NCBI GenBank assembly: GCA_963795055.1 | Contig: CAWCGJ010000026.1 | Location: 38,074-102,073 of the forward strand | Source of the DNA: an uncultured Actinomycetota bacterium | GTDB lineage: Bacteria > Actinomycetota > Actinomycetes > Streptosporangiales > Streptosporangiaceae | Length of the DNA: 64,000 nt | Direction of reading: 5' to 3' | Shown here: piece after piece, positions 33,412 through 42,628 of the stretch | How the letters are laid out: every line of letters begins with the position of its first letter | How positions within the stretch are numbered: position 1 is the first letter of the stretch | Position numbers and translations under genes: made by a program | Notes under the pieces: generated by a model | Told to the model about the DNA's origin: nothing | Databases searched by the model: none | The model's input: the letters and a program-made list of their open reading frames with translations, nothing else

Positions 33412-34304
33412 ATGCGGCTTCATGATGGCCATGTGGAGCCTCTCAGCACCGCCGCGCTGGAAGCCGGCCTCGGTCACGTCCGGGATTCGCCGCCCGACGG
33501 CGGCACGGTCGAGCTGATCGTGTGCCGCCGGCCGCGGGCGAGCGCGCGGTCCTCGCGGAGGGCTGGCTGGGCGTGGACGCCGGCCTGGCCGGCGACACCT
33601 GGGCGGCGCGGGGCAGCACGCGGACCGCGGACGGCTCCGCGCTCCTGGACCAGCAGCTGACCGTGATGAACTCCCGCGCGGCCCTGCTGGTGGCCCAGGA
33701 CCCGGACCGGCGCATGCTGGCCGGTGACCAGCTCTACGTGGACCTGGACATCAGCGTCGCCAACCTGCCGCCGGGCACCCGGCTCGCCCTGGGCTCGGCG
33801 GTCATCGAGGTCACCGCCCAGCCGCACCTGGGCTGCGCCAAGTTCTCCGCCCGGTTCGGCAAGGAAGCCTGGCGGTTCGTCAACTCCCGGGACGGCCGCG
33901 CGCTGCGGCTGCGTGGCCTGAACGCCCGGATCGTGGTCTCCGGTACCGTCCGGGTTCACGACGTGGTCCGCAAGCTGCCGGCCGATGGGCCGACCGGACC
34001 GGAGCGCCCCGCCGGGCCAGGCGCGCTTGCGCGCCGCCGCCCGGGGCTGACCGGCCGGACGGGCGCGGGCGGGCGAGACGGCCCGTTACGGAATCTTGGA
34101 CGGATCCGCTACGGCGTCCGGTTGCCGTTGATCTGGTCGAAGTCGCCGACGCCGTTGGAGCTTCCGCCGCCGCCCGACCACTGCCACATCAGCGCGTACT
34201 TGCTGCCGCTGGTCACCCCGCCGAAGAAGCTCGCGCAGGTCGCGGTCCCCTTCAGGCACCACGCCACCGGCGGGCGGGCCAGGCTGCTGGTGAATGGCTC
34301 GTAG
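33412..34304 (+). pseudogene. MOSC domain protein, apparently frameshifted and lacking its normal stop
   Basis: The N-terminal 35-40 codons ([41 protein letters not shown]) are in one frame (ATG 33412). The rest (…[24 protein letters not shown]…[41 protein letters not shown]…) is in the frame of ORF 33522-34304. MOSC homology ends near 33977, yet the frame stays open to 34304 and overlaps the convergent gene by about 195 nt. Confidence 0.6.
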
Positions 34305-35074
34305 GTCCACTCGTAGGTGTTCGGGATGGACGCGGCCGAGCCGGTGCCGAAGATCGAGGCCCAGATGTCCGGGGCCGAGTACACGCCGACCTTGTACGAG
34401 GAGTGCGCGGTCACGTAGGCGGCGAACCCGTTGAAGTCCGCCCGGTCGACGCTCGCCGCGATGCCGGCGGACTTGACCACGGTGCTGCACGGCGCGGTGA
34501 ACACGTGATTCCATCCGTTATCGAACGCCGGGGTGTAGTCGGACGGCCCTCCCGGGATCTCGATGTCCGCCCAGATCACGGGGTAGGTCACGCGCACTTT
34601 CGCCGCGTCGGCCAGGGCCCGCCCCGCCTGGACCTGGCCCCAGGAGTACGCCTCCGCGGTCGTCCCGTTGTAGTGCGGGTCGACCCCGGGACCGCCCATG
34701 AACCAGTACACGCCGGTGCCGACGCCAAGGTGATAGGTGGTGAAGTTGGTGTTGGCCTGCGCGGCGTTGGCCGCGGACCAGACGACGATCTTGTGGCAAT
34801 CCTCCAGGTTGGCCCAGTTGCCGGTCATGCCGATGTACCCGCCGTAGGAACCGCCGACCACCGGCATCCCGTAGGGCGCGGACCCGGGGACGGTGACGGT
34901 GCGGCTGTCGGTCCCGTACCAGAAGCCGGCGGGCTTGTCCCCGGCCCAGGCCCAGGGCGCGCCCAGCGCGGCCGCGGCCGCGGTGATCAGGACCGCGCCG
35001 AGGGCGGCCACCGCGGCCCGGCGTCCCGTTCTGCACCCGGCCCGCACCGGTCCGCTCCCATCCTGCCCTACCAT
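34109..35074 (-). CDS. secreted hypothetical protein
   Basis: 321 aa. It has an Arg-containing signal peptide (RTGRRAAVAALGAVLITAAAAALGAPWAWA) and an aromatic/Gly-rich mature domain (FWYGTDS...GGYIGMTGNW...VYWFMGGPG...WADIEIPGG). I cannot assign a family from memory. A glycoside-hydrolase-like fold is possible but unsupported. Confidence 0.7.
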   Translation of the reverse strand: MVGQDGSGPVRAGCRTGRRAAVAALGAVLITAAAAALGAPWAWAGDKPAGFWYGTDSRTVTVPGSAPYGMPVVGGSYGGYIGMTGNWANLEDCHKIVVWSAANAAQANTNFTTYHLGVGTGVYWFMGGPGVDPHYNGTTAEAYSWGQVQAGRALADAAKVRVTYPVIWADIEIPGGPSDYTPAFDNGWNHVFTAPCSTVVKSAGIAASVDRADFNGFAAYVTAHSSYKVGVYSAPDIWASIFGTGSAASIPNTYEWTYEPFTSSLARPPVAWCLKGTATCASFFGGVTSGSKYALMWQWSGGGGSSNGVGDFDQINGNRTP

Positions 35075-35228
35075 GCGTCACCGCCTTGTCCGCTCCCGCG
35101 GCCCGGTCCGCCGCCGGCCGTGCGTTTCCATGGTTATGCCGTTGCCCTGGGTTTTCCAAGCCCAAGAGCCCGTGTCCGGGTGACGAACCTCCCGTGCCGC
35201 CCGGCCGCGCGGTGCGGCCGCGACCCGG

Positions 35229-36554
35229 TCAGCTGGCGGCGGCCGATCCCGGCGACGGCACCGCGGAGGGGAGAGTGCCCGCCGCCGCGTCCGGGCCCAC
35301 GGTGACGGCGTTCTCCGCTTCGCGGCCCTGGGGTGGCGGTGGCAGGATGCTCGTGGCCTCGACGGGACCCGGAGCGGCGGCGTTCGAGGCCTCGCCCGGC
35401 GGCGCCTGCCGGGGCGGCTGCGCCCCGGCCCGGTGGGGCGGGATGAGCATCCACGCGAACGACGCGATCAGCGCGACGAGGAAGGCGCAGTAGATCCAGA
35501 ACGCCGAGGTGAGCCCGGAGCTGATCGTCAGCCCGCTGGCCGCGGCCTGGGCCGGGGAGAACCCGAACTGCGCCGGCGCGGCGGCCTCGCCGACACCGAT
35601 CAGCGCCGAGATCGCCTGCGCCACCATCGGGATGATGGCGCCGGCCAGCAGCGCCGCCCCCAGGCGGGCGGGGCGCCACAGCGCGGCCGCGGCCACCACC
35701 GCGACGACCGCGACCATCACGGCGACGTCCCCGGCGATCACCGGCGCCGGGTTCGCGAAGGCGTCGCCCGAGGTCACGGTCTGCGTCGCACCGCTGGCCA
35801 CGTGGAGCGTGAAGCGGTCCCACGCGGGCGCGAACGCGGCCGCCGTGCCGAGCGCGGCGAGCATCAGCATCACCACGGGGCCCATGTCGTCGCTGTACGG
35901 CCGGCCCAGGCGGCCGGGCGACCGGAGCCGGAAGGCCGCCACCGAGCCGGCCGCGCAGGCCAGCCAGCCGACGAGCCCCAGCACCAGGCCCGGCCCGGCC
36001 AGGTGCGCTCCCCCGGAGATCACCTCGCCGGCGTCGGCGAGGAAGAAGCCGAACGTGACGGCGCTCGTCCCCACGCCCAGCAGCGCGCCCGCCCGCTGGC
36101 GGACGCCGCCGAGCAGGATGAGGACGGCGCTCGCGCTCCAGGCAGCCAGGTAGATCAGGTGCGGCACGAGCTGGTCCGGCTGCTGGGCCAGGCTCGCCCC
36201 GGCCAGGTAGCTCGGGAAGAGGCCGACGATCCCGCAGACGACGCCGGCGGCGAGCAGCGCCGCCGCGACGACGAGGCCGGCGGACCGGCCCGGGGGCGGC
36301 CCGGCCGGAAGGGACCCGCCGGATACCGACCCGGCGGGAAGCGGCCCGGTGCGCCGGGTGACCGGGATGATCGTGCCGGGCGTCTCGATCGCGGTGAACC
36401 GGGACCACGCGCCGGACCAGCCCTCGGGGGTTTCCGGCCACCACTCCAGCGGCTGGGACTGCGGCGCGGCCACCGCCCAGATCCCGTAGAAGTGCTCCCC
36501 TCGCCCGATTTCGTACCCGGCACCCCGGTACGAGATCGTTACGTTCTCACGCAC
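35229..36554 (-). CDS. polytopic membrane protein of unknown function
   Basis: 441 aa from a GTG start. A soluble N-terminus of about 70 aa (ISYRGAGYEIGRGEHFYGIWAV) is followed by about 8-10 hydrophobic helices and a Pro-rich C-terminal tail. Confidence 0.7.
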   Translation of the reverse strand: MRENVTISYRGAGYEIGRGEHFYGIWAVAAPQSQPLEWWPETPEGWSGAWSRFTAIETPGTIIPVTRRTGPLPAGSVSGGSLPAGPPPGRSAGLVVAAALLAAGVVCGIVGLFPSYLAGASLAQQPDQLVPHLIYLAAWSASAVLILLGGVRQRAGALLGVGTSAVTFGFFLADAGEVISGGAHLAGPGLVLGLVGWLACAAGSVAAFRLRSPGRLGRPYSDDMGPVVMLMLAALGTAAAFAPAWDRFTLHVASGATQTVTSGDAFANPAPVIAGDVAVMVAVVAVVAAAALWRPARLGAALLAGAIIPMVAQAISALIGVGEAAAPAQFGFSPAQAAASGLTISSGLTSAFWIYCAFLVALIASFAWMLIPPHRAGAQPPRQAPPGEASNAAAPGPVEATSILPPPPQGREAENAVTVGPDAAAGTLPSAVPSPGSAAAS

Positions 36555-36778
36555 GGTCCACGATCCTTCCCCTACTCGGCTTGCGCCGCCTGCGTACCCG
36601 AGCCTAGGAAGCCGATCTGTGCGTCGGCTGGACGATCCCTGAGGCCTTGCTGACCAGCGAACACGTCTGTCAGCTGCGCCGGGGCGGCGGCGCGGAAGGG
36701 CGGCGGCGCGGCCGGGCGCGGTGCGCCGCCTCGGTGCGCCACCCGATAGTAGACCGTGGTGGCGGGGCCGGCCGGAGG

Positions 36779-37615
36779 TTACGCGGAAGCCAGGGCGAAG
36801 TCCATGTCGACGACGTAGCTGACATCGGCGGGATCATCGGGCCCGGCGGGCCGGAACGGCCGGACGAGGGAGTCCTTGACGCCGAAGACGGCGTCGCTGT
36901 CCAGGTAGGGGTTCTCCGCGTCGAAGATGTGCGTGGTGACCGGCCGGCGGCCGGGGGCGGAGACGATCGCATGGATGTGGGCGGCCCGCCAGCGGCTGCG
37001 CCCGGTAGCGCGCAGCAGGTCGCCGACCGGGCCGTCGGTGGGAATCGGGTAGCTGGCCGGCCGCGCGGTCCGGAACTCGAACCGCCCGTCCGGGCCGGTG
37101 ACGAAGACGCCGCGCAGGTTGAACGGCGGCTGGCCGGGGTCCTGGGTGTCGTAGAGCCCGCTGTCGTTGCTCTGCCAGACGTCCACGGTCGCGCCGTCCA
37201 GCGGCCGGCCCGCGGTATCGGTCACCCGGCCGCGGACCAGGGTCGGGCTGCCGTCCTCGGGACGGCCGATCTGCTCGCCCATGGCCCGGACGGGCGCGCC
37301 CGCGACGTAGAACGGGCCGAGCACGGTGGACTCGGTGGCGCCGGCCGCCGTGTTGATGACGTCGACCAGGGAGGACAGGCCCAGGACGTCGGACAGCAGC
37401 ACGAACTCCTGCCGCCTGGCGTCGCATTTCTGCCCGGTCGCGGTGAGGAACTGCAGCCCGGCCATCCATTCCTCTGGCGTCAGCCGGGTCTCGGTCGCGA
37501 ATGCGTGCAGGTGCCGGACCAGAGCGGTGATCAGCTCCCGCAGCCGCGGGTCGGGCGCGGCGCCCAAGGCCTTCAGCACGTCATCGGTGAGCTCGGCCGG
37601 GGTCATGGCGTTCAT
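36779..37615 (-). CDS. intradiol ring-cleavage dioxygenase (hydroxyquinol/catechol 1,2-dioxygenase-like)
   Basis: 278 aa. Motifs include an N-terminal helical dimerisation domain, TVLGPFY, DVWQSNDSGLYD, YPIPTDGPVG and RAAHIHAIV. Confidence 0.85.
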   Translation of the reverse strand: MNAMTPAELTDDVLKALGAAPDPRLRELITALVRHLHAFATETRLTPEEWMAGLQFLTATGQKCDARRQEFVLLSDVLGLSSLVDVINTAAGATESTVLGPFYVAGAPVRAMGEQIGRPEDGSPTLVRGRVTDTAGRPLDGATVDVWQSNDSGLYDTQDPGQPPFNLRGVFVTGPDGRFEFRTARPASYPIPTDGPVGDLLRATGRSRWRAAHIHAIVSAPGRRPVTTHIFDAENPYLDSDAVFGVKDSLVRPFRPAGPDDPADVSYVVDMDFALASA

Positions 37616-37657
37616 GCGCGCCTCTCCAGGTGGGTCGGTGCTGGTCCGGTCCGGGTC

Positions 37658-38206
37658 CTACCTCAGGGCGAACGCCGCGCCGTGGCCGGGCACGATGAGG
37701 GCCGGGCCCAGCGCCAGGAGCCTGGCGCGCGAGCGCTCGAGCAGTTCCTGGTCCTCGGCGAGCGGATCCACGGCGGGTCCGTCACTGGACCACCACAGGT
37801 GGGTACAGGCGGCCAGCCCGTCGTCGGTGGCTACCAGCGTGGTGATGTCCTGCGCGGTGTGGCCGGGCGTGCCCATCAGGGTCACCGCCTGCGACAGCTG
37901 GAACCCGTCGGCGGGCCGCTCGGTCCACGTGTCGCCGGCGTAGATCGCCCAGAAGTCGTGGAACCGGGCCCGCTCGAACAGCGCGGCGTTCAGCGTGTGG
38001 TCGGGGTGGTGGTGGCTGAACACCACGTCGGTGACGCTGGCCGGGTCGACGCCGAGCTCAGTCAGCGGGCCGAGGATCCGCTGCCGGCTGGCGACCATGC
38101 CCGGGTCCACCACGATGACGGCGCCCTCGTCGCGGATCAGGACCACGGTGCTGGCCACCCGTTCGGCGGCGTACCCGGCACACAGCACATCGAGGCGTGC
38201 GGTCAT
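37658..38206 (-). CDS. MBL-fold metallo-hydrolase
   Basis: 182 aa from ATG 38206 (MTARLDVLCAGYAAERVASTVVLIRDEG...). It has the HxHxDH motif (FSHHHPDH) and a later GHT motif. Confidence 0.8.
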   Translation of the reverse strand: MTARLDVLCAGYAAERVASTVVLIRDEGAVIVVDPGMVASRQRILGPLTELGVDPASVTDVVFSHHHPDHTLNAALFERARFHDFWAIYAGDTWTERPADGFQLSQAVTLMGTPGHTAQDITTLVATDDGLAACTHLWWSSDGPAVDPLAEDQELLERSRARLLALGPALIVPGHGAAFALR

Positions 38207-38280
38207 GCGGCCATCCTGCCACGCCCTCCCCGGCGGCGCGGCGGGCACCGGGCAGGCCGAAAGCACGCTACTGTCCCCCC

Positions 38281-39339
38281 GTGACCAGCGTCGTCCGCCT
38301 CGAGCCCGGGAACCGGGTGGTCGTCACCGGGGCCACGGGGTTCATCGGGTCCGCCGTGGCCCGGGCCCTGCGGGCCAGGGGCGCCGAGGTCGTCGCCCTG
38401 GTCGCGCCGGGGGTCGACGACCGCAACCTGGACGGCACCGGCGCGGAGCGGGTGGTGGCCGACATCCGGGACGCGGGCGCGGTCCGGGCCGTGTGCCAGG
38501 GTGCCCGCTTCGTGTTCCACCTGGCGGCGGTCTACCGCTTCTGGGCCCGGGATCCGCGGATCTTCTATGACGTCAACGTGGGCGGGACGCTCAACGTGCT
38601 CGACGCCGTCCGCGCCGCCGGCTGCGAGCGGCTGGTGTACACCTCGACGGTCGGCGTCCTCGGGCTGAACGGAGCCGGGGTCGGGCGGCCGGCCGACGAG
38701 ACGTCCTACGCCGACCTCGCGCACCTGTTCGGCCACTACAAGAGGTCCAAGTTCGTCGCCGAGCACGAGGTGCTCCGGGCCGCGGCTCAGGGGCTGGACG
38801 TCTGCCTCGTGCTGCCCACGTTCCCGCTGGGGCCCCGCGACGTGGCCCCGACGCCGACCGGGAAGGTGGTGCTCGACTTCCTCAACGGCAGGCTGCCCGC
38901 GTTCGCGGACACCGCCCTGAACGTCACCCACGTCGACGACCTGGCGCTCGGTCACCTGGCCGCGCTCGAGCGCGGCCGCGGCGGCCGCAGCTACATCCTG
39001 GGCGGGGAGAACCTGTCCCTGCGGGGGATCCTCCAGGAGCTGGCCGACTACTCGGGCCTGCCCATGCCGCGGGTTCAGGTCCCGCGTCCGCTGGTGCTCG
39101 CCGCGGGTGTGGCCTCCGAGCTGATCCAGGGCCGGCTGTTGCGGCGGGAGCCTCGCGCGCCGCTGGAGGCGGCGCAGATGTCCGCCAGGAAGATGGTCTT
39201 CAGCGACGAGCGTGCCCGCACGGAGATCGGCTACACCTCGCGGCCTGCGCGCGAGGCGATCGAGGAATCGGCGCGCTGGTTCGCCGACCACGGCTACGTG
39301 TCGGCCGCGCGGCGCGCGGCGATCAGGTGGCGAACGTAG
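38281..39339 (+). CDS. NAD-dependent epimerase/dehydratase family protein
   Basis: 352 aa from GTG 38281. It has the Rossmann motif VVVTGATGFIGSAVARAL and the catalytic YxxxK (YKRSKFVAE). The ORF-track start at 38197 would overlap the divergent MBL gene. Confidence 0.85.
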   Translation: MTSVVRLEPGNRVVVTGATGFIGSAVARALRARGAEVVALVAPGVDDRNLDGTGAERVVADIRDAGAVRAVCQGARFVFHLAAVYRFWARDPRIFYDVNVGGTLNVLDAVRAAGCERLVYTSTVGVLGLNGAGVGRPADETSYADLAHLFGHYKRSKFVAEHEVLRAAAQGLDVCLVLPTFPLGPRDVAPTPTGKVVLDFLNGRLPAFADTALNVTHVDDLALGHLAALERGRGGRSYILGGENLSLRGILQELADYSGLPMPRVQVPRPLVLAAGVASELIQGRLLRREPRAPLEAAQMSARKMVFSDERARTEIGYTSRPAREAIEESARWFADHGYVSAARRAAIRWRT

Positions 39340-39386
39340 CTTCCCGCGGCTCGCGCGGCCGCGCGCAGGCGGCGACACTGCCGTAA

Positions 39387-39418
39387 TGCCGTAGTGCAGT
39401 GCTTACTGCACTACGGCA
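39387..39418 (+). terminator. strong hairpin (14-bp stem, GCTT loop), a candidate intrinsic terminator or cis site
   Basis: tgCCGTAGTGCAGT-gctt-ACTGCACTACGGca, starting 48 nt after the epimerase stop. There is no U-tract, which is common in high-GC actinobacteria. It is also about 120 nt upstream of parA. Confidence 0.4.
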
Positions 39419-39539
39419 GATGTGACCGCCGGGAAAGGCCACGTCAGGCTGGTAACTCGCGGTTTCCGCCCGGCCACCGTAGCCAAATCCGGCCCGGAAC
39501 CGTCTACCGCAATGCGCCGGTCGCTGCAATACTGCCTTG

Positions 39540-40211
39540 ATGACGGGGATCCGGCTAGCTCTCGCGAACCTCAAGCCGGGTACAGGCAAGACCACATCGG
39601 CGGTCTGGCTGGCCCATGTATTCGCAGAAGCCGGGAAACGCGTGCTGCTGGTGGACGCGGACCCGTCGGGTAGCGCCCTGGAGTGGTCGGACCTCGCGGC
39701 CATGTATCCCGGCCTGCCCCCGCAGGCGGCGTTCCCGTTCCGGATCGTGGCCCTGCCCTCCCGGGAACTGCACCGCCGGGTGCCCGAGATCGCCCAGCCC
39801 GACGACGTGGTGATCATCGACGCGCCGCAGCTGGAGGACCACGTCGGCATCGCCAGGTCGGCGCTGCGGTACGCCGACGAGATCCTGATCCCCTGCGCGC
39901 CGAGCCCGATCGAGATCAACCGCACCTCCCCCATACGGGACGAGATCAGCGAGGTCTGGTCGGTCCGGGACCGCCCCGCCCGTTCGGCCGTGCTGCTGAA
40001 CCGCTGCATCACCCGGGCGCACTCGGTGGCCGACGCGCGGGAGGCCCTGCAGGGCCTCGGCTACGACGTGCTGGACACGACCGTGCCGCGGCTGGAGGTC
40101 TACGCACAGAGCTTCGGCATGCCGATACCGGGGACCGGCCGTGCGGTGTGGCGCCACGTGGCCGACGACATCCTGGCGCGGTCCGCTGCGCTCTGCTCGG
40201 CCCAGCCGTGA
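39540..40211 (+). CDS. parA: ParA-family ATPase (small, plasmid type Ib-like)
   Basis: 223 aa. It has a deviant Walker A (LKPGTGKTTSAV), LLVDADPSGSA, and Walker B VVIIDAP. The start is taken at ATG 39540 (TTG 39537 is also possible). Confidence 0.85.
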   Translation: MTGIRLALANLKPGTGKTTSAVWLAHVFAEAGKRVLLVDADPSGSALEWSDLAAMYPGLPPQAAFPFRIVALPSRELHRRVPEIAQPDDVVIIDAPQLEDHVGIARSALRYADEILIPCAPSPIEINRTSPIRDEISEVWSVRDRPARSAVLLNRCITRAHSVADAREALQGLGYDVLDTTVPRLEVYAQSFGMPIPGTGRAVWRHVADDILARSAALCSAQP

Positions 40212-40501
40212 CCACGCAGCGGGAGCAGCGGAAGGCCCAGATGGCGGCCGCCGCGGCCCGCCGCAGCCAGCCCGAGGCGCGCCCGGCCGGGCGGACCGCG
40301 ATCCGGTCGAAGCCGGTCAGGATCACCCTCGACCTGAGCCCCGAGCTCTACCGGGAGCTCACCCGGTGGGCCGACTCCGCCGCGGTCGAGCTCGACGTGC
40401 CGCGCCTCGCGCTGGCGGACGCCATGCGGGCGATGATCCGGGTCACCACCGAGAACCCGGATCAGGTCATCGAGCGGCTGCGCCGCGAACGGGAGCGCTG
40501 A
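40208..40501 (+). CDS. small ribbon-helix-helix-like partner protein (ParG/CopG-like), 97 aa
   Basis: The GTG start overlaps the parA stop (GTGA). A basic N-terminal tail is followed by an RHH-like beta-strand and helix (KPVRITLDLSPELYRELTRWADSAAVEL). Confidence 0.55.
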   Translation: MTTQREQRKAQMAAAAARRSQPEARPAGRTAIRSKPVRITLDLSPELYRELTRWADSAAVELDVPRLALADAMRAMIRVTTENPDQVIERLRRERER

Positions 40502-40515
40502 CCCGGGCGTCCGCA

Positions 40516-40899
40516 TCAGGCACCCTGCATCGCCCGCTGGGCGTTGGCCATCATCACGGCCTGGACCTCGGCCAGCTGTGCCTGGGGGCTGAACTGGACG
40601 AACTCGCTGCCGGTCTCGCCCGCCGGGACATGGCCGGGCGCCATGTAGAACGCGTCGCCCGCCTCGAACACCTCCTCGTGATCCCGGTACGAGACGGTGA
40701 TCTTGCCCGCGAACAGATAGCCCCAGTGCGGGCACGGGCAACGGTCACCCGGCAGCCCCTTGAGCATTTCGGCCAGGGAGTGGCCCTGCCGGATCGTGAC
40801 GAAGTCGACGGTGTAGTCGTCGGCCAAGTGGCCGCTGCGGTCCACCGCCAGGCCGAAGTCCCGGACGTCCGGCGCGCTGTCTTTCGAGATCTTGGGCAT
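40516..40899 (-). CDS. cupin domain protein
   Basis: 127 aa from ATG 40899 (AGGGAAAGG upstream). It shows a cupin beta-barrel pattern (HWGYLFAGKITVSYRDHEEVFEAGDAFYMAPGH). Confidence 0.7.
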   Translation of the reverse strand: MPKISKDSAPDVRDFGLAVDRSGHLADDYTVDFVTIRQGHSLAEMLKGLPGDRCPCPHWGYLFAGKITVSYRDHEEVFEAGDAFYMAPGHVPAGETGSEFVQFSPQAQLAEVQAVMMANAQRAMQGA

Positions 40900-41029
40900 G
40901 GCCTTTCCCTTCGCTAGCGTTCTTGCGATGTCCGCCCCCGAGGCGGGAACGTCGCTCGGTCTGGCCGACGCTAACAACGGCCCGCGGGCGCCCGCATGAG
41001 GCAGTTGCCCCATCTTTGAAGCGGCCGGC

Positions 41030-42628
41030 TCAGGGCCGGCCGTATTCCTCCTGCGGCAGCAGCCCGTGCTGCATCGCGTACAGGCTGGCCCGGGCCCGGT
41101 TCGAGGTGCCGATCTTCGCGTAGATGTGCTCGATGTGGTTGCGCGCGGTCTTGGGCGAGATGACCAGGCGCTGGGCGATCTGCTTGCTGGACAGTCCCTG
41201 GGCGACCAGGCGCAGGACCTCGACCTCGCGCCCGGTGAGGTTCCCCGGGCCGTCCCGGCGGCGCCCGGCGCGGTGGCCGGCCGCGGCCAGCACCGCCTCG
41301 ACCGCGTCGGCGTCCAGGTGTCCCGCCTTGGCCTCGCCGCGCAGCTGGCTGGCGGCGACGCCGGCGGCCAGCGCGTCCCGGTACGGCCGGGGCTCGCGCA
41401 TTGCCTGGTAGGCGTCGGCGGCGCCGAGGACGCGGGCCGGCCGGGACAGCGCCGGGCCGGACAGGCCCCGCGGATAACCCGATCCGTCCAGGCACTCGCG
41501 CTGCTGCACGGCCAGCGAGCCGAGCGGGGCCAGCCAGCTCGACTGGTGCAGCATCCGCTCGGTCAGGTACGGGTGCATCCGGACCCGCTCCCACTCCCCC
41601 GCTCCGAGCGGCCCGCGCTTGTCCCAGATCGAGTTCGACACGCCGAGCCTGCCCAGGCCGCACACCAGCCCGGCGCGCCGCAGCGTGGCCAGGTCGTCCG
41701 GGCACAGCCCGAGGCCGGCGCCCGAGGCCGAGGCGAGCTCGCCGACCGCGCGGGCGTGCCCGAGCCGGTAGGGCGATTTCAGGTCGACGAAACTGGCCAC
41801 GGCGAGCAGCGCGGCGTCCAGTTGCTCCCACGACAGGGTCAGGCCCAGCGCGGGCTCGGCCGCGATGACCGCGTCCCAGGTCTGCGCGCGGTCCAGGCCG
41901 CCGAGGACGCCGTCCGCGTCACGGCACAGCATCGCGGCGAGCTGCGGGTCGAACTGGGAGCCGCCGCGCCGCTCCGCGAGCGCCACCGCGGCCTGCACGC
42001 CGCCGATCCGGTGCGCCACCTCCACGTACTCGGCGAGCTGGGCGAGCCGTGACGCGACCGGCACCGCCTCGCCGCGCAGCTCCCCCGGCCAGCCCCGCCC
42101 GTCCCATTGCTCGTACGACGCCCCGACCGCGTCCTGGACCGGGCCGGGCAGCCCGAGCTCGGCGGCCAGCGAGCGGGCCAGCGCCGCGTGCTGGGCGATC
42201 ATCCCGTCGAGAACGCGGTGGCCGGACAGCCCGAACTCCAGGCCCACGCGGAACCGGTGCAGCGGCGGGTTGCCGCTGCCCACCAGGCGCAGCGAGGCTG
42301 CCACCCCGGCGATGCTCCGCACCGGGTGGTCGTACTTATGCGATTTGAGCTCGATGTCGTCGCCGAACCACTTCGCCTGCTCGTGCGCGTCGGCGTGACA
42401 CCCCACGTTGACCAGCAGCGCGGTGTAGTAGACCACCGACCGGCCCGCATCGTCCAGCCCGGCCCGCTCGGCCAGGCGCAGCGCGATCAGGCACTGGCGC
42501 AGCACGTGTTCCATCGGCTGCCCGAACCCGAGGTCCACGCCCAGGGACAGGGCCGCGACGAGCTCGGCCAGCCGTACCGTCGCGGACCCGGACCCGGGCC
42601 CCGCGGTGGAAACGCCGAGCTCAGCCAT
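41030..42628 (-). CDS. tandem HD-GYP-type HD domains fused to a LuxR-type HTH
   Basis: 532 aa. The first HD-like domain (VGCHADAHEQ ... YEQWDGRGWPGELRG) looks degenerate. The second carries the HD-GYP signature (QQRECLDGSGYPRGLSG). The C-terminal LuxR HTH is LTGREVEVLRLVAQGLSSKQIAQRLVISPKTARNHIEHIYAKIG. Confidence 0.85.
   Translation of the reverse strand: MAELGVSTAGPGSGSATVRLAELVAALSLGVDLGFGQPMEHVLRQCLIALRLAERAGLDDAGRSVVYYTALLVNVGCHADAHEQAKWFGDDIELKSHKYDHPVRSIAGVAASLRLVGSGNPPLHRFRVGLEFGLSGHRVLDGMIAQHAALARSLAAELGLPGPVQDAVGASYEQWDGRGWPGELRGEAVPVASRLAQLAEYVEVAHRIGGVQAAVALAERRGGSQFDPQLAAMLCRDADGVLGGLDRAQTWDAVIAAEPALGLTLSWEQLDAALLAVASFVDLKSPYRLGHARAVGELASASGAGLGLCPDDLATLRRAGLVCGLGRLGVSNSIWDKRGPLGAGEWERVRMHPYLTERMLHQSSWLAPLGSLAVQQRECLDGSGYPRGLSGPALSRPARVLGAADAYQAMREPRPYRDALAAGVAASQLRGEAKAGHLDADAVEAVLAAAGHRAGRRRDGPGNLTGREVEVLRLVAQGLSSKQIAQRLVISPKTARNHIEHIYAKIGTSNRARASLYAMQHGLLPQEEYGRP

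Noticed and set aside
35134-36653. Alternative long ORFs (35134-36444 minus, 35433-36653 plus) over the polytopic membrane protein gene
   Set aside because: Both are Arg/Gly-rich shadow frames. Only frame 35229-36554 gives hydrophobic helices and normal composition.
39540-40501. Interpreting ParA as the chromosomal Soj/ParB-parS segregation locus
   Set aside because: There is no ParB (HTH/CTPase) gene, no parS-like 16-mer that I could see, and no oriC-proximal genes (dnaA, gidB, rnpA). The protein is of the short plasmid-type class.
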